Below are positions 7,658 to 12,756 of a stretch of 12,756 bases of DNA, piece after piece. The notes beneath the pieces are model-generated. The model ran no database searches. It was not told where the DNA came from and saw only the letters and a list, made by a program, of their open reading frames with translations. The stretch's first letter is position 1. The number at the start of each line of letters is the position of its first letter. The stretch is taken from positions 1 through 12,756 of the forward strand of contig JANOAV010000079.1 of NCBI GenBank assembly GCA_031411295.1, read 5' to 3'. Made by a program: the position numbers and the translations under genes. The stretch is from Verrucomicrobiales bacterium. Its GTDB lineage: Bacteria; Verrucomicrobiota; Verrucomicrobiia; Verrucomicrobiales; V1-33.

Positions 7658-8899
7658 GTGTCCACTCCTCAAACACCGCGCCTGCTGATTCTGATTGGAG
7701 GGCATTTGGCAACCGCGCCCCGCCCCCAGAAGGAGGCTGCATGCGCTTTGGCACATGGCTTTGAAGTTACGATCATGGGACATTGGTGGAATGATGCTTT
7801 GGCGCAAGAAGATATGTCCCTAGCCAATATGATCGGCGTGAAATTTATCGCCATCACGGATCGATGCCCAAGTCAACCTGGTTCCTTTGCCTTAAAGTTG
7901 CGACAAAAGCTCACCAAAATTTTATTCAAACACTTCGGTAGATTCTCTCCTCGGCTCTTGGGCACTGGAGTTCCTGAGCAACTCCAAGCGGCTATCAAAT
8001 TAAGAGCGGATCTTACAGTGGTTCATTCGGAAGGAGGACTGTGGATCGCGAAGAAACTCCTCGAACAAGGTTTCCGCGTGGCGGTCGATTTCGAAGATTG
8101 GTTTTCGGAAGATGTCGCTCCAGAGGATCGCGTCGGACGTCCCGTAGCTGTAATTAAACAATTAGAACATCATCTCCTGCGCTCAGCCCACGCAACTTGG
8201 ACTACAACCAAAGTTATGGCTGAAGCCATGGCGACTGACACTGGCACTTCGCGTATTCCTTCTGTGATTCCGAATTGCTTTCCTTTCTCAGCTGCTCCGC
8301 GTCCAGATGATCTCCCGAAAGATGCCCGCTCCGCTGATGCCGTTTCGCTCTACTGGTTTTCGCAAACGATTGGGCCGCATCGAGGACTGGAAATGCTTGC
8401 AGAAGCACTCGTGCAACTAACTGGGAAATGGGAGCTTCATTTGAGGGGGGATTTGCGGCATTATCAGGCTTGGTTTGAAAACACGTTTCCACCAGCATTA
8501 CGGGAGCGGATCACCGTTCACCCTACTGCTCCTAACGTGGACTTGGCTCGGCTGAGTTCCAGCCATGACATAGGATTGGCATTGGAGATACCGGCTGTGC
8601 CTAGTCGCGATCTAACCGCCACCAACAAGCTTTTTGAATACATGCGCTGTGGCTTGGCCGTCATCGCCACGACCACGCAAGGTCAGGTGGAGATTATGCA
8701 GCAATGTGCTGATGCAGGCTGGCTTGTTCCCCCGCGCGATGCGGGTGCACTGGCCCAGATATTACAATACTGCATCAACCATCGGGATCAACTAGCAAAA
8801 GCCAAGCAAGCCGCTACACGCGCAGCGAGCGAGCGTTGGGACTGGGAACCATTCAGCAAACAACTGGCAGTAATCCTAGACGAGGCCAGTCCAGCCTAA
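7658..8899 (+). CDS. Glycosyltransferase family 4 (GT-B)
   Basis: 413 aa, GTG start. PRPQKEA, DFEDWFSE, RGLEML, HDIGLALE, TNKLFEYMRCGLAVIAT. Confidence 0.88.
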   Translation: MSTPQTPRLLILIGGHLATAPRPQKEAACALAHGFEVTIMGHWWNDALAQEDMSLANMIGVKFIAITDRCPSQPGSFALKLRQKLTKILFKHFGRFSPRLLGTGVPEQLQAAIKLRADLTVVHSEGGLWIAKKLLEQGFRVAVDFEDWFSEDVAPEDRVGRPVAVIKQLEHHLLRSAHATWTTTKVMAEAMATDTGTSRIPSVIPNCFPFSAAPRPDDLPKDARSADAVSLYWFSQTIGPHRGLEMLAEALVQLTGKWELHLRGDLRHYQAWFENTFPPALRERITVHPTAPNVDLARLSSSHDIGLALEIPAVPSRDLTATNKLFEYMRCGLAVIATTTQGQVEIMQQCADAGWLVPPRDAGALAQILQYCINHRDQLAKAKQAATRAASERWDWEPFSKQLAVILDEASPA

Positions 8900-8914
8900 A
8901 CAAATTTACATACC

Positions 8915-9775
8915 ATGACCATCCTACGAAGCATCATCGAAATTGCCAACAAACTGCTTGGCCCAGCCAACTTAAAGCTGGATACATTAACTGCGGCCAA
9001 GACTGCCAAAGCGAATTTGGACGCAGCAGCCAAACGTGGTGCATTTACCGCCGCCACCTACCCCGTGCCAGCTTGCTTCCTCAACTCACAGCACCAAACC
9101 ATTTTGGATGCGCTGCCGCAATATGCTCCCGTTTTCGAAACACTGACAGACATCTCACGCAATCAGGTCGGCTACCAGTTCAATAACGATTTTTATTCCT
9201 CTCCCGATACCGAGGCGCTTTACACCATCCTGCGCACGTATCAGCCGAAGCAAATCCTCGAACTCGGCTGCGGCAACAGCACCCGCATTACCCGACTGGC
9301 GATTCGTGATGGCAAACTAGCCACAAAGCTCGTCTGCCTGGATCCGTATCCCAGAAGAGATGTCGCAGATTTTGCGGATGAACTGCATCTGCGTCCGGTG
9401 GAGGATTCCAATGCGCTCGATCTGGTAAAACAACTGAAACCGGGCGATGTTTTCTTTATTGACACTAGTCACGATGTCCGCCCAGCCAATGATTGCGCCT
9501 ACATTTACGGGGTTCTCATCCCGGCAGTTCCAGCAGGTGTCATCGTCCACATTCACGATATTTTCCTACCTTACGACTATCCCACCCGGCTTGCGTTTGG
9601 TGACGGCGCCTCCTGGGGAGAACAAACCGTGGTGGCCGTGATGCTGCAAGACGCAGATGCTTGGGAGGCAATTTGGCCTGGCCATTATTTGCAGAAAACG
9701 TTGCCCACTTTCGCCACTCACTTTCCACATTTGGGCGACCGGGCAGCACAAAGCTTGTGGCTCCGTAAACGCTAA
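8915..9775 (+). CDS. Class I SAM-dependent methyltransferase (Methyltransf_24-like)
   Basis: PKQILELGCGNST, CLDPYP, LKPGDVFFIDTSH, GVIVHIHDIFLPYDYP, terminal SLWLRK. Confidence 0.9.
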   Translation: MTILRSIIEIANKLLGPANLKLDTLTAAKTAKANLDAAAKRGAFTAATYPVPACFLNSQHQTILDALPQYAPVFETLTDISRNQVGYQFNNDFYSSPDTEALYTILRTYQPKQILELGCGNSTRITRLAIRDGKLATKLVCLDPYPRRDVADFADELHLRPVEDSNALDLVKQLKPGDVFFIDTSHDVRPANDCAYIYGVLIPAVPAGVIVHIHDIFLPYDYPTRLAFGDGASWGEQTVVAVMLQDADAWEAIWPGHYLQKTLPTFATHFPHLGDRAAQSLWLRKR

Positions 9776-9796
9776 TTTTTCAGCCATTCACCAGTT

Positions 9797-10510
9797 ATGA
9801 AATCCTTGCTCGCCAAATTGCTGCCGCACGACTTGCGCCAATCCATCAAGCGCAAACTCTTCGTCGTGCAGGACATGACCGCGCGCTTGCGCAATTTGCG
9901 CAGGGCAGGGTTTAAGCCGACTGGCGTGATTGATGGCGGAGCCTATCAGGGCGATTGGACAAAAGAGATTTGGGGCGTTTGGCCATCCGTGCCATGCGCC
10001 ATCGTGGAACCTCTGGAGGCTCGCCAACTGGGATTGCAGGCGCTCGCCAAAGCCGTTCCTGGTTCTTTTGTCGTTCCTCAAGCCTTGGCTGCTCAGGATG
10101 GAATCACCCATTTTGCTTTAGGCGAAACCAACAGCGGCATTGTGAATGAGGCATCTGCCGGAAACACGGTGGAAGTCTCCTGCACTACACTGGAAACCTT
10201 GTTGAACGAGCATCCGCAGTTCAAACCGAATTTCCTAAAGCTGGATTTGCAGGGACATGAACTGCCTGCACTCAAAGGGGCCGGGGCGCGGTTACAACAA
10301 TTTGAAGTGGTGCTGTTGGAAGTCTCCGTAATCCGCATAGGCGACGTGCCGAGCTTTAGTGAAATGGATCAATTCATGATCTCACAAGGTTTCCGGGTGT
10401 ATGATGTCATCCCACAATATTATCGCCCGTTGGATGGTGCGTTGTGGCAAATGGATGTGTTGTTCGTGCGGAATGATTCCCCGTTAGTAGCCTCTCGTGA
10501 ATGGCAGTAG
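9797..10510 (+). CDS. FkbM-family methyltransferase
   Basis: VIDGGAYQGDW, VEP, FLKLDLQGHELPALKGA, LWQMDVLFVR. Confidence 0.92.
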   Translation: MKSLLAKLLPHDLRQSIKRKLFVVQDMTARLRNLRRAGFKPTGVIDGGAYQGDWTKEIWGVWPSVPCAIVEPLEARQLGLQALAKAVPGSFVVPQALAAQDGITHFALGETNSGIVNEASAGNTVEVSCTTLETLLNEHPQFKPNFLKLDLQGHELPALKGAGARLQQFEVVLLEVSVIRIGDVPSFSEMDQFMISQGFRVYDVIPQYYRPLDGALWQMDVLFVRNDSPLVASREWQ

Positions 10511-10521
10511 CCAATGCAGAA

Positions 10522-10648
10522 GTAGTCCCGGACTTTAGTCCGCATGGCTTATCTAGCACAACACCATTACGAATCAGGAGGCACGTCCCCGCTGATTTTG
10601 ATATTCATTCAGTTCCGGGACGTTTGGCGGACTAAAGTCCGGGACTAC
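10522..10648. repeat. REPIN-like unit 1 (inverted 21-bp REP pair with 85-nt spacer)
   Basis: GTAGTCCCGGACTTTAGTCCG (10522-10542) and its exact reverse complement (10628-10648). Each REP is a GTAG foot plus hairpin CGGACT-TT-AGTCCG. Confidence 0.93.
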
Positions 10649-10656
10649 TTTTGAGG

Positions 10657-10731
10657 ATGCAGCCATTTAATTCACAAATGCTAGTGCGAGTGACGACGCA
10701 GAATTTCCCGCGATTGGCAATAACAACGTAG
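10657..10731 (+). pseudogene. Truncated duplicate of the RAYT 5' end
   Basis: MQPFNSQMLVRVTTQNFPRLAITT* versus RAYT MKPFNSQMPVRVTTQNLPHW, offset by exactly 206 nt. Confidence 0.85.
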
Positions 10732-10854
10732 TTCCGGACTTTAGTCCGTATGGTTTGCCTAGGAGAAAACCTTCACGAATCAGAAGGCACGTTCCCGCAG
10801 ATTTTCATATTCATTCAGTTTCGGGGCGTTTAGCGGACTAAAGTCCGGGACTAC
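10728..10854. repeat. REPIN-like unit 2
   Basis: GTAGTTCCGGACTTTAGTCCG (10728-10748) and CGGACTAAAGTCCGGGACTAC (10834-10854). The 85-nt spacer aligns without gaps to the unit 1 spacer (16 mismatches by manual count). Confidence 0.93.
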
Positions 10855-10862
10855 TTTTGAGA

Positions 10863-11558
10863 ATGAAGCCATTTAATTCACAGATGCCAGTGCGAGTGAC
10901 GACGCAGAATCTCCCGCACTGGCGGCAGACTGGGGTCACTTATTTCGTGACCTCGCGCCTTGCTGATTCTGTTCCGCAGCAGTTGGCGAATCAATGGGGT
11001 GCGGAACGTGATGCTTGGCTGGCAGAAAATGGAGTTGCCACTCCCAATGACCTACCACCGGCCCTCCGCTCTGAATATCATGCGAAGTTCAATGAAACCT
11101 TTCAATCTCTGTTGGATGCTGGCCATGGGAGTTGCTGTTTGGCTGTCCCCGAATTAGCCAACGTTTTGATCGAGAAGTTCATCGAAGGCCATGCCACCTG
11201 CTTCAACTTGCAGTCCTGGTGCATTATGCCGAATCATTTTCACGTCGTGGTCGAACCAAATCAGGGCTCCTCGCTGGGCGAAATTGTAAAGCATTGGAAA
11301 GGCGGCAGCGCTTTTCTGATTAATCGTAAACTGCAACGCAACGGGAAGTTATGGCAAGCAGAGCCGTTCGATCACATTGTTCGCAGCCAAGCGTATTGGA
11401 GGCATTACAATCGGTATGTCGCAGAGAATCCTGCCAAGGCCGGTCTGCGGGAAGGGTTTGTGCTGGGGTTCGGGGCTGAACGAGGGTTGAGAGAATCTGC
11501 GATGCTGGAAAGAATCGAATGCGCTTACGAAGAGATGATCCGTAGTCCCGGACTTTAG
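10863..11558 (+). CDS. rayT: REP-associated tyrosine transposase (RAYT/TnpA-REP, Y1 HUH family)
   Basis: NLPHW..TYFVTSRLADS; WCIMPNHFHVVV (HUH); WKGGSA; LWQAEPFDHIVRS; RYVAENPAKAGL (catalytic Tyr, NP). Flanked by GTAG REPs. ATG 10863 (TTG 10857 is an alternative). Confidence 0.93.
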   Translation: MKPFNSQMPVRVTTQNLPHWRQTGVTYFVTSRLADSVPQQLANQWGAERDAWLAENGVATPNDLPPALRSEYHAKFNETFQSLLDAGHGSCCLAVPELANVLIEKFIEGHATCFNLQSWCIMPNHFHVVVEPNQGSSLGEIVKHWKGGSAFLINRKLQRNGKLWQAEPFDHIVRSQAYWRHYNRYVAENPAKAGLREGFVLGFGAERGLRESAMLERIECAYEEMIRSPGL

Positions 11559-11669
11559 TCCGTAAAGCTCGCCTGGCACATGAACCTTAAAGATCAGTGA
11601 AAGCGCCCCCTGCGAAATCTCACATCAACACTGATTCTGTAAGTCAGACGGACTAAAGTCCGAAACTAC
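11542..11669. repeat. REPIN-like unit 3
   Basis: GTAGTCCCGGACTTTAGTCCG (11542-11562) and CGGACTAAAGTCCGAAACTAC (11649-11669), with an 86-nt spacer distantly similar to spacers 1 and 2. Confidence 0.92.
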
Positions 11670-11677
11670 ATTTTCTA

Positions 11678-12709
11678 ATGCGCATCCTCTTTACAGTTGA
11701 TCCTGAAATCCCCGTTCCGCCCGTGCTTTACGGCGGCATTGAGCGGATTGTGGATTCGCTGATCCAAGAGCTAACCCAGCGGGGCCATGAGATCGGCTTG
11801 CTGGCGCACCCGGATTCCACCTGTCCCACTGCCTGGAAAGCCGCCTGGCCGGGTGCTACCTCACAGGGGAAACTCGATACCATCAAAAACATTCTGGCAA
11901 TGGATCGGGCCATTCGCACGTTCCGTCCGGATGTGGTGCACAGTTTCTCCCGCATCGCTTACTTTGGCCGACACCTCTTGAGCAAGCTTCCGAAGGTCAT
12001 GAGCTACCAACGGGATCCCTCCGCACGGACTACTTCCATGGCCGCTAAGCTGGCTGGTGCCAGCTTGGAGTTCACAGGTTGCTCGAAACACATCGCAGAC
12101 ACAGGGCGTAAATCTGGCGGCACCTGGCACGCGATTCCCAATTTCATCGATCCTGCAAAATTCACCTTTCAACCGACCGTGGCGGAAGATGCCCCGTTGG
12201 TCTTTCTCAGCCGCGTCGAACCCATCAAAGGCTGCCACACCGCCATTCAAATTGCAAAGCTCAGTGGACGGCGTTTGTTGATTGCTGGCAACCGCGTGGA
12301 AACCGGCAGCGCTACAGGATATTGGGATCGGGAAATTGCTCCTCATCTCGGCCAAGACGGCATTAAATATGTCGGCACCGTGAACGATGAACAAAAGAAC
12401 GCCCTGCTGGGTTCTGCTGCGGCCATGGTCGTGCCCATCGAGTGGGAAGAACCCTTCGGCATTGTGTTCGCAGAATCCCTCGCCTGCGGCACCCCTGTCA
12501 TTTCCTGCCCCCGCGGTTCCATTCCTGAAATCGTAGAAGATGGCGTGCATGGGTTCCACATTACAAATCCCGCAGAAGGAGCAGAGGCGGTCGTAAACCT
12601 TTCGCAAATCAATCGTGCTGCCTGTCGATCACAAGTGGAGCGCTGCTTCACGGTTTCTGTGGTGACAGGTCAGTATTTAAGTCTTTACCAGCGTCTGAGC
12701 GAAGCATGA
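11678..12709 (+). CDS. Glycosyltransferase family 4 (GT-B)
   Basis: PVPPVLYGGIERIV, FLSRVEPIKG, PIEWEEPFGIVFAESLACGTPVI..RGSIPEIVEDGVHGF. Confidence 0.95.
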   Translation: MRILFTVDPEIPVPPVLYGGIERIVDSLIQELTQRGHEIGLLAHPDSTCPTAWKAAWPGATSQGKLDTIKNILAMDRAIRTFRPDVVHSFSRIAYFGRHLLSKLPKVMSYQRDPSARTTSMAAKLAGASLEFTGCSKHIADTGRKSGGTWHAIPNFIDPAKFTFQPTVAEDAPLVFLSRVEPIKGCHTAIQIAKLSGRRLLIAGNRVETGSATGYWDREIAPHLGQDGIKYVGTVNDEQKNALLGSAAAMVVPIEWEEPFGIVFAESLACGTPVISCPRGSIPEIVEDGVHGFHITNPAEGAEAVVNLSQINRAACRSQVERCFTVSVVTGQYLSLYQRLSEA

Positions 12710-12756
12710 ATCCATCAGCTGCGCAGGGCTTATTCCTAACAAATGCCCCCCCCCCC
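12706..12756 (+). CDS. Probable 5' fragment of the next operon gene (runs off the window)
   Basis: ATGA start/stop overlap with the GT4 gene; open to the window end (MNPSAAQGLFLTNAPPP). Confidence 0.4.
   Translation, partial: MNPSAAQGLFLTNAPPP
12746..12756. repeat. Poly-C homopolymer (at least 11 C, truncated by the window end)
   Basis: aaatg followed by 11 C at the end of the sequence. Confidence 0.85.

Larger units (their letters stand above)
10522..11669 (+). mobile_element. REPtron (RAYT gene with flanking REP/REPIN units) within the glycan operon
   Basis: Occupies almost the whole gap between the FkbM stop (10510) and the GT4 start (11678); six REP copies; no target-site duplication seen. 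Confidence 0.85.

Noticed and set aside
10522..10854. Integron attC sites
   Set aside because: No RYYYAAC/GTTRRRY core boxes at the unit ends and no integrase in the window.
10863..11558. IS200/IS605 TnpA or a TnpB-associated element
   Set aside because: The protein is longer than typical IS200 TnpA and has RAYT-type motifs (LPHW, MPNH, WQ..FDH.VR, NP.KAGL). No tnpB is adjacent.
10522..11669. CRISPR array interpretation of the 21-bp repeats
   Set aside because: Repeats alternate in orientation, spacers are 85 nt and homologous to each other, no cas genes are present, and the GTAG foot plus RAYT explains them.
11861..12607. 248-aa minus-strand ORF and other short antisense or off-frame ORFs within the glycan genes
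   Set aside because: Fully nested in well-supported + strand genes and lack motifs; expected shadow ORFs.

Overview
This 12.8 kb window is part of a bacterial surface-polysaccharide (O-antigen/capsule/EPS) biosynthesis and modification locus, with all credible genes on the + strand. It encodes an AT3 O-acyltransferase, a Wzx flippase, three GT4 glycosyltransferases and five SAM-dependent methyltransferases (two of FkbM type). Two non-glycan inserts interrupt it. The first (1104-2300) is a frameshifted TraN-like phosphoribosyltransferase-fold gene with an overlapping small ORF, followed by REP-like hairpins, C-rich heptamers and a degenerate 21-bp array. The second (10522-11669) is a REP-associated tyrosine transposase (RAYT) bracketed by three co-oriented, homologous 127-128 bp REPIN-like units, including a diverged 206-bp tandem duplication that carries a dead copy of the RAYT 5' end. 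The window starts in a C-rich heptamer array and ends in a poly-C tract inside the start of a probable next gene. Genes mostly lack Shine-Dalgarno motifs; a PVC-group (Verrucomicrobia-like) host is only a guess. All protein calls come from motif recognition by eye, not database searches.
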